Assembly: GCA_022844165.1 (NCBI GenBank)
Contig: JALHMH010000027.1
Coordinates: 1 to 62,225 of the forward strand
Direction of reading: 5' to 3'
Source of the DNA: Lysobacterales bacterium
GTDB lineage: Bacteria > Pseudomonadota > Gammaproteobacteria > Xanthomonadales > SZUA-5
DNA length: 62,225 bases
The translations under genes and the position numbers were made by a program. The first letter of the stretch is position 1; the number at the start of each line of letters is the position of its first letter. The notes beneath the pieces were generated by a model that was not told where the DNA came from, searched no databases, and was given only the letters and a program-made list of their open reading frames with translations. Below, piece by piece: positions 49,892-60,300 of this stretch.

Positions 49892-52321
49892 GTGCAAGAC
49901 CTGATCAAGCGATTGATAGGCAAGAAATCGCCGTCGGGCGACGAGAGCAAAGCCGCAAGCTCGTCTCGTGGGCGCGGCACGCCCTTGGACATTCGCAAAC
50001 TTGTCGCGCCGCTGGCGCTGGCAGGGACGATCGCCGTCGCCGCACTGTTCGGCTTTCAGACGGTCCAGGCTTTTCTGACAAACCGCGCCAGTGCGAATAT
50101 TGACTCGGTTTCGACTGCACTGAAGCAACAGTTGGCGGGCTACATCAGCGAGCAACAACAAGCTCTGGCCGAAGCACTGGTCCACCCCGAAATCGAACGC
50201 TATTTCGGCAGCCCAGATGCGGGCGACGCCGCCCGCGCGTTGAGCGCAGTTCAAGAGAAAATGCCTCAGGTCCAAGATATCCGGTTCGTGGGTGCTGACG
50301 TTTTGGGCGAGATCGGGTTAGATATTGGTAGTTTCGGCTACGCCAACGCCGAAATGCTGTTGAATGCCGCGCGACTGGGCGCGCCAGCGCCCGCGCAGGT
50401 TCATGGGGTTCGCAGCACCCAGCGAGAGTTGGTTTTGGTCAACCCCGTGACGATCGATGGACGAATTGCCGGATTTGCACTGGCAAAACTTCCTTATCTT
50501 CCGGTTCGTGAGGTGTTTTTAGGTCCCTCGCATGGGGGATTGAAAATTGCGTTGGTGCAGGGCGAGTCCCGTGGGGCTGAAGCTGTCATCGAAGGCTCGA
50601 TGCAGACTGGCATGACCTCGACAGCGGTACCAGGTACGATGATGCGCATTGCTGTTGCGCCAGCGACGCCGTTGATCGTTCTTGGTCCATCGGGTGTTAT
50701 CAGCAACGGGTTGCTCACGGCGATGGCACTGGCGATCGCAGTGCTGATTACGCTCTGGCGTAAGAACCCTGAATTGTTGGAGCGGCTGCTGCATCGTCAA
50801 TCGGAGGCCTCGGTTGGCACAGTTGCCGAACGTGCGGTTGAAGAAGCGAAACTGGCAGCACAAAAAGCCGTGAACAAAGCGGCGGGTGCGGGCCGGCCTG
50901 CGGCGCCTCCACAGCAAACACCGGAGCCGCGGGTTCCGCAACGTACGGTCGCTGTGGACCACAGCATCTTCCGAGCCTACGATATTCGCGGCATCGTCGG
51001 TCAGACGCTCAACGAGGCGATCGCAAAACTGTTGGGTCAGGCAATCGGATCGGAGAATCGCGCACGCGGACATAAGACGATCCTGGTTGGCCGCGACGGC
51101 CGGCTGAGTGGACCTTCACTCAGCGACGCATTAATCAGCGGATTGGTTGAGTCGGGCTGCGATGTAATCGATATCGGCATCGTAGCGACTCCCGTCTTGT
51201 ATTTCGGGACGTACGACCTTAGCGCCGGTTCTGGTGTGATGGTCACCGGGAGCCACAATCCGCCAGAGTACAACGGATTCAAGATCATGCTGGGTGGCGA
51301 GACCCTTGCGGAGCAAGACATCCAGGCGTTGTACGCGCGTATCGCAGAACAACGACTCGATAGCGGGCAGGGTGCGTTGACGCAAATGGACATCGTCGAG
51401 AACTACATTGAGCGGATTTCGAGCGATATCCAGTTAGAAACGCCGCTCAAAGTGGTCATCGATTGCGGTAACGGATCTCCGGGGGCAATTGCAACTCGGT
51501 TGTTCGAATCGATCGGCTGTGAAGTTGTTCCGCTCTATTGCGATGTCGACGGTACCTTCCCTAATCATCATCCTGACCCGAGCGACCCGCATAACCTCCA
51601 GGACTTGATCGTATCGGTCAAACAACTGAAGGCCGATATCGGCCTCGCCTTCGATGGCGATGGGGACCGGCTCGGTGTGGTCACACCATCAGGGAACATC
51701 ATTTATCCAGACCGTCTGCTGATGGCATTCGCTCGCGATGTTCTTGTGCGCGCGCCCGGCGCAACGGTCATCTACGATGTCAAGTGCACCGGACACTTGG
51801 CGGGCGTGATTCTTGGGCACGGTGGCAGCCCGATTATGTGGAAGACCGGCCATTCTTTGATCAAGCGAAAGATGAAAGAAACGCAAGCCGAATTGGCGGG
51901 CGAGATGAGCGGTCACTTTTTCTTCAAGGAGCGTTGGTACGGCTTCGACGATGGCATGTATGCCGGGTGCCGTTTGTTGGAGATCTTATCGGGCGATGGC
52001 AGAGATGCCGATGAGTTTTTTGCAGAGCTTCCGCAAGGTGTCAGCACTCCCGAGTTGAAGGTTCCGATGGCCGAGGGCGATCACTATCGATTCATGGATC
52101 GATTTCGCGACCGGTGCAAGTTCGATGGTGCACGAATCACCACGATCGATGGCGTGCGAGCAGACTGGCCAGATGGATGGGGATTGCTTCGATGTTCGAA
52201 TACGACACCCAGTCTGGTGATGCGATTCGATGCGGACAACAACGAAGCCCTGATCAGAATCCAAAGTCTGTTCAAGAGCCAGATCCTCGCCCTCGACGCG
52301 AAGTTGTTATTGCCATTCTAA
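49892..52321 (+). CDS. algC: phosphomannomutase/phosphoglucomutase with N-terminal membrane-anchored extension
   Basis: IFRAYDIRG, TGSHNP, FDGDGDR, GEMSGH, RCSNT. Confidence 0.92.
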   Translation: MQDLIKRLIGKKSPSGDESKAASSSRGRGTPLDIRKLVAPLALAGTIAVAALFGFQTVQAFLTNRASANIDSVSTALKQQLAGYISEQQQALAEALVHPEIERYFGSPDAGDAARALSAVQEKMPQVQDIRFVGADVLGEIGLDIGSFGYANAEMLLNAARLGAPAPAQVHGVRSTQRELVLVNPVTIDGRIAGFALAKLPYLPVREVFLGPSHGGLKIALVQGESRGAEAVIEGSMQTGMTSTAVPGTMMRIAVAPATPLIVLGPSGVISNGLLTAMALAIAVLITLWRKNPELLERLLHRQSEASVGTVAERAVEEAKLAAQKAVNKAAGAGRPAAPPQQTPEPRVPQRTVAVDHSIFRAYDIRGIVGQTLNEAIAKLLGQAIGSENRARGHKTILVGRDGRLSGPSLSDALISGLVESGCDVIDIGIVATPVLYFGTYDLSAGSGVMVTGSHNPPEYNGFKIMLGGETLAEQDIQALYARIAEQRLDSGQGALTQMDIVENYIERISSDIQLETPLKVVIDCGNGSPGAIATRLFESIGCEVVPLYCDVDGTFPNHHPDPSDPHNLQDLIVSVKQLKADIGLAFDGDGDRLGVVTPSGNIIYPDRLLMAFARDVLVRAPGATVIYDVKCTGHLAGVILGHGGSPIMWKTGHSLIKRKMKETQAELAGEMSGHFFFKERWYGFDDGMYAGCRLLEILSGDGRDADEFFAELPQGVSTPELKVPMAEGDHYRFMDRFRDRCKFDGARITTIDGVRADWPDGWGLLRCSNTTPSLVMRFDADNNEALIRIQSLFKSQILALDAKLLLPF

Positions 52322-52333
52322 GGACGCCGCAAG

Positions 52334-53647
52334 ATGCAACTGAGCGACCTCTATCGTCAACACGTTGCGGAGATGGGGCGACGTACGATCAATGCGCTGG
52401 AGCACACCGGATACGAACACTTGTTGATCGCCAGCGGCGTGGAGACGTGCAGTTTTTTGGACGATCGTAGTTACCCGTTTCGCGCGAACCCACATTTTTT
52501 ATCCTGGGCGCCACTCGACCATCATCCGTCGTCCTGGATTGTGGTGACGCCTGGCAATAAGCCGATCCTCATCTACTTTCAACCAACCGATTACTGGCAC
52601 GCACCACCCGCCGCACCGAGCGGCGATTGGACAGAGTGTTTTGATGTTCGGGTCATCCGTGAAGCGGCCCACGCAGCAGCGCATTTTCCGCAGAAGTTGA
52701 GCAACGCAGCCATCATTGGCGATGTCAGCGCAGCGCTTGATGGGGTGGTTCCGAATAACCCTACGCCGCTTTTGAATCGCTTGCATATGGCGCGTACACG
52801 CAAAACGCCCTATGAACTGGCGTTGCTGCGACACGCTTCCGCACGTGGCGTGCGTGGACACCGTGCTGCGGAAGCGGCTTTTCGAAGTGGTGCCTCTGAA
52901 CACCAAATTCATCTTGCCTATTGCTCCGCGACGGATCACACAGATGCGCAATTGCCCTACGAGAACATCGTCGCGTTGAACGCAAACAGCGCCGTGCTTC
53001 ACTATCACCACACACCAGGTCCTTCGCCGGAGCACCTTCTCAGTTTCCTGATCGATGCCGGTGCGCAAGTGAGTGGTTACGCCTGCGATATCACGCGCAC
53101 CTATTCAGCGCATTCTGGTGCCTTTGCTGAGTTGATCCATGCAGTCGACGAAAAACAGCGGCTCTTAGTTGATCAGATGCGCGCGGGCACTGATTACCGT
53201 GATCTGCATCTGAACTGTCACCATTACATCGGGCAAGTGCTTCATGCGACTGGCCTTGTCGATATGTCGCCAGAAGGGCAGGTCGAAAGGGAAATTACGA
53301 GCGTTTTTTTCCCTCACGGTCTGGGCCATTTTTTGGGTATCCAGGTCCACGATGTCGCCGGTTTGCAGCGCGATGAAGATGGCGGCGCAATTCCTCGTCC
53401 GCCCGGCCATCCCTTCCTGCGGCTGACGCGACGTCTGGAAGCCGGCAATGTGGTCACTGTCGAGCCAGGTCTCTACTTCATTCCGATGTTGCTCGAAAAA
53501 CTGCGAGCCGGGAAAGATGCTCGCTGCATCAATTGGGGCGCCGTCGATGCGCTTTCGCCCTATGGCGGCATTCGCATCGAAGATGATGTGCTCGTCACGG
53601 ACAGTGCCCCGGAAAATTTGACCCGAAATGCCTTTGCCGAGGCTTGA
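52334..53647 (+). CDS. pepQ: Xaa-Pro dipeptidase
   Basis: FLDD..YPF..NPHF, LIDAGA, CDITRT, HGLGH, HDV, TVEPG, RIED. Confidence 0.93.
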   Translation: MQLSDLYRQHVAEMGRRTINALEHTGYEHLLIASGVETCSFLDDRSYPFRANPHFLSWAPLDHHPSSWIVVTPGNKPILIYFQPTDYWHAPPAAPSGDWTECFDVRVIREAAHAAAHFPQKLSNAAIIGDVSAALDGVVPNNPTPLLNRLHMARTRKTPYELALLRHASARGVRGHRAAEAAFRSGASEHQIHLAYCSATDHTDAQLPYENIVALNANSAVLHYHHTPGPSPEHLLSFLIDAGAQVSGYACDITRTYSAHSGAFAELIHAVDEKQRLLVDQMRAGTDYRDLHLNCHHYIGQVLHATGLVDMSPEGQVEREITSVFFPHGLGHFLGIQVHDVAGLQRDEDGGAIPRPPGHPFLRLTRRLEAGNVVTVEPGLYFIPMLLEKLRAGKDARCINWGAVDALSPYGGIRIEDDVLVTDSAPENLTRNAFAEA

Positions 53648-53650
53648 ACG

Positions 53651-54250
53651 ATGCTAAAAGCGCTCGATGCATGGCAATGCCGCATCGAAGCTCGCTACGA
53701 TCTGAGCGTGTCAGTGCGCGTTTCGGATCATGTTTTTTCTGATCAAGCAACGCGTAAGCAATGGACCGCGTGCGATGTGCGCGAACAACTGCTGATTCTC
53801 CAGGAGGCGGATGGCATCGCGTTGTCGCTGTTTCTGGACGAGCGCCTCGCAGACGCTGCTGTCGATTCGTTGGATGCACAGGCAGCCATCGTCGAGGGCG
53901 TTTCGCACTTCGTTTGTGTCGCCTGGCGCGCGGAGCGCGACACCAGCTGCACAGCACTCGAACTGGAATTGCAGGCGGAAATCGACAAGTTCGTATTGTT
54001 GCTTTCCACCCATGGGCCGCCGGAGCGGCTGTTCACGGCGCTCTTCGAGAAGGTCCGTTTCAGCAGCGCGCTTAACGCCAACGATCGCCAGCGGTACATC
54101 TTTGCCAACAGGCTTGCGGCGCAGGCATGCCAATGGTTGCTCTATCGTTTCGAAGGCCGTTTGGAACACCCCAATGCCGTGGCTTGGTTGCGCCGCTTCT
54201 ATCGCATGCCAGCGCAGCAAAAGTACAGGTTGTTGGAGCACGGGCAATGA
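53651..54250 (+). CDS. conserved hypothetical protein
   Basis: Operonic after pepQ; REQLLI, EGVSHF, LELELQAEIDKF, LRRFYR. Confidence 0.7.
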   Translation: MLKALDAWQCRIEARYDLSVSVRVSDHVFSDQATRKQWTACDVREQLLILQEADGIALSLFLDERLADAAVDSLDAQAAIVEGVSHFVCVAWRAERDTSCTALELELQAEIDKFVLLLSTHGPPERLFTALFEKVRFSSALNANDRQRYIFANRLAAQACQWLLYRFEGRLEHPNAVAWLRRFYRMPAQQKYRLLEHGQ

Positions 54251-54606
54251 TTGACGAAGCGGTCATTCCTGTCGGTGCAGCGGTCAAGGCAGACGGATTT
54301 ATCGGTAACTTCAAGACCCATTCTGGATCCGCTACGGTGGGCACGTCGTCCGCAACGACCAGGTGGTTGACGAACAAGCGTCTGGAGCGTGCTCGATTTG
54401 CGTCGCTTCCCAGCGGTACGCTGAGCGATGTTGAGCTGCGTTTGGTGCTCGACGTCGTGGATTTGTCGGTACGTGAGATTTGCGCCGGTGCGCGGGTGCG
54501 TGTGGCATGAACAAGGTATGGCTTCTTGCTGGCAATCTGCTGATTTTGCTCGCTTACTGTCTATCCCGGTTCCCAGCGTAGACGTTCGTTCTCCAGTTTC
54601 GGCGTG

Positions 54607-55446
54607 TCACTGCCAAGCGACAACGTAGGCCAGCCAGAGCTCCTTCTCGCGCAGCGCATTTACCGGGCCAAGTTCAACGTGCGTGCGCCCGTCGCGTTGC
54701 TCGGCAGTGTGGCGCCAGACCTCGGCACGCGCAAACCCGCTTTCGAGCAAACCTTCGCACAATTCCGGCAGGGTCCACAGCCGCCAGTCGTAGCGAAACG
54801 CGTTGCGGCGCTGGCGCCGCCCGCCGCGCGCGGCGGTGTCTGGCCATTCGAAGTGGATGCGGCAATCGATGCGCGCTGTGGCTGCGTCGAAACTGCGGTA
54901 TTCAAACAAGTAATCGAACGGTGCCAGCGGCGGTTGTCCGGGTTCTACGCCCGGCGTCACCGGATATCGATCGATTCGGTGACGCATGCATGCGGGGCCG
55001 CCGAAGGTGTTGACGATCACGATTCCTTCAGCAGCAATACAACGACGTGCATGTTTGAAATAGCTGAGCAACGCGCTGCGATCATGCCAATAGCCGATGC
55101 TGAAGTTGAGCGCGGCGAGCACATCGACCGGGTCCACAGCCGGTGGCGCCAAACGGAGCACATTGGCCCGGTGGAAATCGATACGTGCAACATCGCCGCC
55201 GAGCAGGCAGCCCGCGCGGGTTCGGGCATGTGTCAGTGTAGGCGCATGACGATCGACGGCAATGGCTCGGCGCGCTGACGAAGCTGCAACAAAGGCGACT
55301 GAATCGGCAGCATTGCCCGCGAAGTCCTCGCGCAGCAACAATGGCTCGCGGCCGCGAACTCGCTGGTAGACCGCCGCCAATAATGCGGCCTGGGCAGCAG
55401 GGTCCTGCGTTGCCCAGCGATATCGATACAAGAGTTCATCGTCCAT
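54607..55446 (-). CDS. class I SAM-dependent methyltransferase
   Basis: LREDFAGNA (motif I-like), AIAVD, ANVL, DVLAALNFS, EGIVIVN, FRYDWRLWTLPE; ATG at 55446. Confidence 0.8.
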   Translation of the reverse strand: MDDELLYRYRWATQDPAAQAALLAAVYQRVRGREPLLLREDFAGNAADSVAFVAASSARRAIAVDRHAPTLTHARTRAGCLLGGDVARIDFHRANVLRLAPPAVDPVDVLAALNFSIGYWHDRSALLSYFKHARRCIAAEGIVIVNTFGGPACMRHRIDRYPVTPGVEPGQPPLAPFDYLFEYRSFDAATARIDCRIHFEWPDTAARGGRRQRRNAFRYDWRLWTLPELCEGLLESGFARAEVWRHTAEQRDGRTHVELGPVNALREKELWLAYVVAWQ

Positions 55447-55632
55447 TGACGGCTCCTGGACTGCCTGGTTGTCGTACCTGAGTTGGCACGCGCAAAGAAA
55501 GTCGTGGTGTCGTTTTGACTGCGCTACTACGTCTCTATTACTGACCCGATCACCGGGCCGAATTCCCCGTTGATGGGCGATTCGAGACGCAAATTCATTG
55601 CCGCGCGTCCCGGCGTGCTCGAGGAGTATCGA

Positions 55633-55782
55633 ATGAACACGGAACAAAAGGAACACGAAGCGAATCAAGACCCTGTACCTGCAGATATGGCGCCGGAATC
55701 CGACCCCAAAGGTGGTCTGATTGGTTTGCTGCTCCCAGCAGTGCAAAAGGTGCGCGAGGCTGCCAGACGCGGAACGAGTTGA
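55633..55782 (+). CDS. double-glycine leader precursor peptide A (49 aa; core [21 protein letters not shown])
   Basis: GAGGAG RBS; 28-aa leader ending DPKGG; paralog of peptide B; upstream of a C39 transporter. Confidence 0.85.
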   Translation: [49 protein letters not shown]

Positions 55783-55999
55783 TGGTTTGCGCGGCGGGAG
55801 GTGCGGAGTTTCGCGCTTCCCTGCCGCAAGATCGGGTTCGCGTTATGAACTTCAGGCGCGCTTGATCGCAGAAGATGGTCCCATGTGTCGCGAATTCTCG
55901 TAGTACTCATCGACCCGGGTGTCCGGGTCGAGCAGCCAGGCAGGCTGGCTTCGAGACGCAGACCAATGCCGAGCGTCTCCGGCCGATGGAGGAGAGTTT

Positions 56000-56152
56000 A
56001 TGAACACGGACCAGACAAATCAGCAATCGAAGCCGCAGGAAGTGCCAGCGGATCTGGCACCTGAGGTGGACCCAAAGGGCGGTGTGGTGCCGATTCCGGG
56101 TCACACGATTCTGCAAAAAGTACGCGAGATCGCGATTCGACCGGGAACGTGA
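56000..56152 (+). CDS. double-glycine leader precursor peptide B (50 aa; core VVPIPGHTILQKVREIAIRPGT)
   Basis: GGAGGAG RBS; 28-aa leader VPADLAPEVDPKGG; shared QKVRE. Confidence 0.85.
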   Translation: MNTDQTNQQSKPQEVPADLAPEVDPKGGVVPIPGHTILQKVREIAIRPGT

Positions 56153-56383
56153 TCTGCGCTATCGCGGTTGCAATTGTGTGGTGGTTCAGCGCGCTTTCCT
56201 TCTAGACAACAGGGGTCTGAACAAGCCCATCTTGGGCTTGTCAGGCCCAGGCAATTCGGGCTCACGCCCAGCCTCGAATTCGCCAAACCAACTGCTGCGG
56301 CGCTTGAACTGCCAGACAGCTGTCCATGCGCTGTGATCGCACGAGTTGGTTTCCACGCTAACAAATTCACACCAAAGACAACC

Positions 56384-56521
56384 GTGAACGCAAAAACTGA
56401 TCTGGCGAGTGCGGTAAGAAGCGACCCGCGGGAGCCGAAGGACTCCAAGCCGGTCGATGGCTTGGTTCATTTGCCAGCCGCGCAAAAAGTGCGCGACGCT
56501 GCGTTTCGAATTGAATACTAA
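56384..56521 (+). CDS. divergent precursor peptide C (45 aa; ...KPVDG-LVHLPAAQKVRDAAFRIEY)
   Basis: GTG start, weak RBS; core LPAAQKVRDAA matches peptide A; DG instead of GG. Confidence 0.55.
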   Translation: MNAKTDLASAVRSDPREPKDSKPVDGLVHLPAAQKVRDAAFRIEY

Positions 56522-56543
56522 GGGCACCACGGCGGAGCTGTTC

Positions 56544-57371
56544 GTGCAACCGATGTTCGCCATCGGTGGCCAAACGACAACACTTGCCGACGTTGTCATG
56601 GCAGTGAATACGCTGCAATTGCCCGTAACCAAGGCGCGCGGCGAGTTCGCCTCAGCGTTGCGCGCCTTCCGCTATCGCCACGGGTTGGTCAGCGCCGACG
56701 ATTGCCAACGCTGGTTAGCCAAACGTCGGGTCACCTATGAAGTCCTATGCGCCAGCATCAGGCGTCAAACCTCCGACCACGCCGCCACGACCGAGTACGA
56801 AGCAATCGTGGATCTTCTGCTCGCCGACAGTTGGGACCAGGTCCTGCGCTCGGTCGCGGCACGCGTGGCCGCAAATGTGTCAGGGAGTGCGCACCTTGGT
56901 AGCGAATGCGACTGGAGCATCATCGATCGGCGCTATGCACAGAAGCTGGCGAAAAATCGCACGGTCGAAACGCGCGCGCGGTTGTTGCGGCAGACACGCC
57001 AGAGCTTGCGCCGTCTGGAGATCGTGCAGCTGGAGTTCGACAACGCAGACGCGGCAAACGAGGCCTGGTGCTGCGTGACTGTCGATGGATCGGATCCGGA
57101 ACTGGTGGCCCGCGAAGCACGGCTGCCGATCACCATGGCTGTCCGTTGGTTCGACAGCTTGAAAGACGAAGAGCGCCGTGCGCTGGGCGCGCTCAAACCC
57201 GGTCAACTGTCCCGACCGATCGATGCCGGCGGGCGATGGTTGTTGCTCGGGCTGCGGCGGATCATCGAAGCGGCGCTGGGCGATGTCGATGTCGATCGCC
57301 GTCTGGATGGCGCTTGCGACGAGGAGACGATCGAGGAGCTGTTGCGCGACGTTGTCTGGAGCCTGTCATGA
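56544..57371 (+). CDS. parvulin/PpiC-like peptide-maturation accessory protein
   Basis: FRYRHGLVSADDCQRWL, LKPGQLSRPI..RWLL, resembling PpiC-like proteins that precede PCATs; coupled to the transporter by an ATGA overlap. Confidence 0.65.
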   Translation: MQPMFAIGGQTTTLADVVMAVNTLQLPVTKARGEFASALRAFRYRHGLVSADDCQRWLAKRRVTYEVLCASIRRQTSDHAATTEYEAIVDLLLADSWDQVLRSVAARVAANVSGSAHLGSECDWSIIDRRYAQKLAKNRTVETRARLLRQTRQSLRRLEIVQLEFDNADAANEAWCCVTVDGSDPELVAREARLPITMAVRWFDSLKDEERRALGALKPGQLSRPIDAGGRWLLLGLRRIIEAALGDVDVDRRLDGACDEETIEELLRDVVWSLS

Positions 57372-60300
57372 GCGCGGCATTGCGCGAGAGTTTAGCGATC
57401 GACGAGGCGCTGTCGTCGCCCCTGTTGCGGTTCGTGCCTCCTGAGTTCCACGCTGATCTGCGCGCCAGATGTTTGGTCGAAAACTACGCCTTCGGCGACT
57501 GGATCGTACGCGAGGGCGACCTGGCAGATGCGTTCTACTTGCTGCTCAGTGGTCGCGCGCGTGTGGTCAAAGCTGGCGCCGACGGCCGCGAAGTGCCGCT
57601 CAATCGGCTCGTGGCAGGCGATGCTTTCGGCGAGTCGGCATTGATTGCAGGCGGCGTGCGCGTGGCCGGCGTGCGCGCCAGCACCAGTGTCAGCGTCGTG
57701 CGTCTGTCGCGCGCTCACGTGCTCGATCTGGTTGCTGCGTGCCCCGAGCTCAAAGATGGACTTGAGCGCCTCGCGCGTTGGCGCACCGTGCACGGTTTTT
57801 TGAAGTCGCACGCGGTCTTCGCTGCGTTACCGGAGGCGGCGCTCGACGCTCTGATCGGCGAGTTTCGTCCGCAGCGTGCGGCGGCTGGAGACTCGATCAT
57901 TGTCGAAGGTGCGCCGCCAGGCCCAATGTACTGTCTTCGCGAGGGCCGGGCGCGGGCATTCACGGGCGCGCCGGATCTGGGCGAACACCGCGCGTTCTAT
58001 CGCGCTGGCGATCTTTTCGGCGAAATCTCACTGATCTGCGACACGCCGCGAGCCACGAGCGTTCAAGCCGTGAGCGACTGCGAACTGCTGGTACTGGACG
58101 AACTGGCGTTCGCGCGTTTGCGTCAGCGCGAACCCGCCTTCGAGCGCCTCTTGCACCAGCGGCGCGAGATGTATCGTGCCGATTCGTTGGCGCGCGTTCC
58201 ACTGGACTTTGCCGAGGAATTACTGCCCGCCGATGCGCGCGCGCCGATCGTCGCGCCGCAGGAATCGATGCCAGAGCAGGAGCCGCGTCGAACACTGCGG
58301 CGCATTCCTTTCGTTGCCCAGATCGACGAAATGGACTGCGGCGCCGCCGCGTTTGCGATGGTATGCCGCCATTTCGGGCGCAACCTGAGTCTGTCGCGCA
58401 TTCGCGAGTTGTGCCACACCGCTCACGATGGCACGAGTTTGCGCGGATTGATCGGAGCTGCAAACGAGGTCGGATTGGCGGCGCGTGCCCTCAAAGTGTC
58501 GCCGCAGCACATGACGCAAATGCCTTTGCCAGCCATCTGTCACGTGGAGGGCAACCATTGGGTCGTTGTTTACCGCATCGACCGACGCCACGTTTATTTT
58601 GCCGACCCGGCGACGTCTCACGAACGCCAGACGCACGACGAGTTTCGCGCACGCTTCAGCGGCTACGCGGCGCTGTTCGACTACGTGCAAGGGCCGGCGC
58701 CCGAACTTCCGGCACCGCAAGGGTTGGCGTGGTTACGCCCCTTCGTAACGCAGAATTCGAGTTCACTTGCGCTGGCGGCGGCGCTTGCCTTTATCGCCGC
58801 GACGCTCGGGTTGTTGTTCCCGATCCTGACCCAGTTCGTCGTCGATCGGGTGATCGTCGATCATGATCTGGAGCTGCTTGCCGTTCTTGTGCCAAGCATG
58901 CTTGGCGCACTGGCTTTACTCGTCGCCGCGCAGTGGATACAGCATTACTTGATGAGTTACGTCGCAGTCCGTGTCGATAGCGCCGCGCTCGACTTTTTGA
59001 CGCGCCGATTGTTGTCCCTGCCCATGACATATTTTCTGAGTCGTCGTACCGGCGACATCCAGCGCCGGCTCGATGGCGCCCGAGTGCTGCGTCAGTTCGT
59101 CGTCGAACAAGGCTTGGACGGCGCTCTGGCGTTGCTGCAGCTGATGGGCTGTTTGGCGTTGATGCTGCTTTATTCTGCAAAGCTTGCTGCACTGTACCTG
59201 CTGTTGGCACCCTTATACGTAGTGCTCATGGTTTACTCGCGGCATGTGCTCAGGCCGTTGTACGCAGAGCTGGAAACGGCTTACGGACGCTACGCCTCTC
59301 AGCAAATCGACGCGATCAAAGGCATCGAAGCGGTAAAAGCCGCTGCGGCAGAGCAGCGCTTTCGCGACACCATCCTTAGCCAGTTCTTGAAAGTCTCCAG
59401 ACAACAGTTTCGCGGCAATCTGGCGGTGCTCGGTTTTCAGAGTGCGCTTCAGGCCCTGGGCCTTCTGGGTACCGTACTGTTTCTTTGGTTGGGCGCGCGA
59501 GCGGTTGTCGCGGGCGATTTGACGGTTGGCGCGTTCGTCGCATTCAGCAGTCTGATGGCGATGGCGAGTGGAGCCATTCTGCGCGCACTTGGCACCTGGG
59601 ACGGCCTCCAGTTTGTGTCGGTACTTCTGGAACGGCTGAACGATGTGGTCGAACCAGAGCCGGAACAGGGGCGCGATCGCAGCGGGCTAAAGGCGGTGCC
59701 TACGCTGGAGGGCCGTATCGAATTGCGCAACGTCAGCCTGCGTTATGGCGGCCCCGAATCGGCTCAGGTCTTGAGCGATGTTTCCCTGGATATTCCAACC
59801 GGAGAAACCATTGCACTGGTCGGGCGAAGCGGCTGCGGCAAGACCTCCCTGGCCAAACTGATCGCCGGCCTGATTTCGCCAACGGCTGGCGAGATCCATT
59901 TCGATAGAACCGATCACCGCAAATTGAATCATCGCGAGCTGCGGCAACGCATGGGTATCGTATTGCAAGAGAACCACCTGTTCGACGACACCATTGCGCG
60001 CAATATCGATTTTGGCAGCGTCGAGCCGGACATGGACCGCGTGCGGTGGGCCGCGCGAATGGCCAATGCCGATGGTTTCATCGAACGGTTGCCGCTCGGT
60101 TATGAAACGCGCGTGGGCGAAACCGGTTTGTTGCTTTCCGGCGGGCAGCGACAGCGCATCGCGATGGCTCGCGCGATTTATCCGGATCCACCGGTGTTGA
60201 TCTTCGACGAGGCAACCAGTGCGCTCGATAGCGAGAGCGAACGCGTCATTCAGCGCAATCTGCGTGAGCTGACCCGAGGACGAACCTGCATCGTCATCGC

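Noticed and set aside
49892-50950. AlgC N-terminal extension as a novel fusion
   Set aside because: Long membrane-anchored AlgC forms are already known in gammaproteobacteria
54247-54510. 87-aa ORF coupled to the upstream stop
   Set aside because: No recognisable motif; cannot be supported beyond the ATGA overlap
55447-55746. N-terminal extension of the methyltransferase ORF
   Set aside because: Antisense to precursor A; the recognisable domain starts at ATG 55446 after a GGAG
55633-56521. Peptides as genuine prepilins/DUF1559 fragments or lanthipeptides
   Set aside because: No GFTLIE site, hydrophobic N-segment or downstream domain; no Cys and no Lan enzymes; A and B have their own RBS and GG leader
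56906-57367. 154-aa N-terminal extension of the PCAT in the ORF track
   Set aside because: Overlaps the parvulin-like gene in another frame; the ATGA-coupled start at 57368 is more plausible
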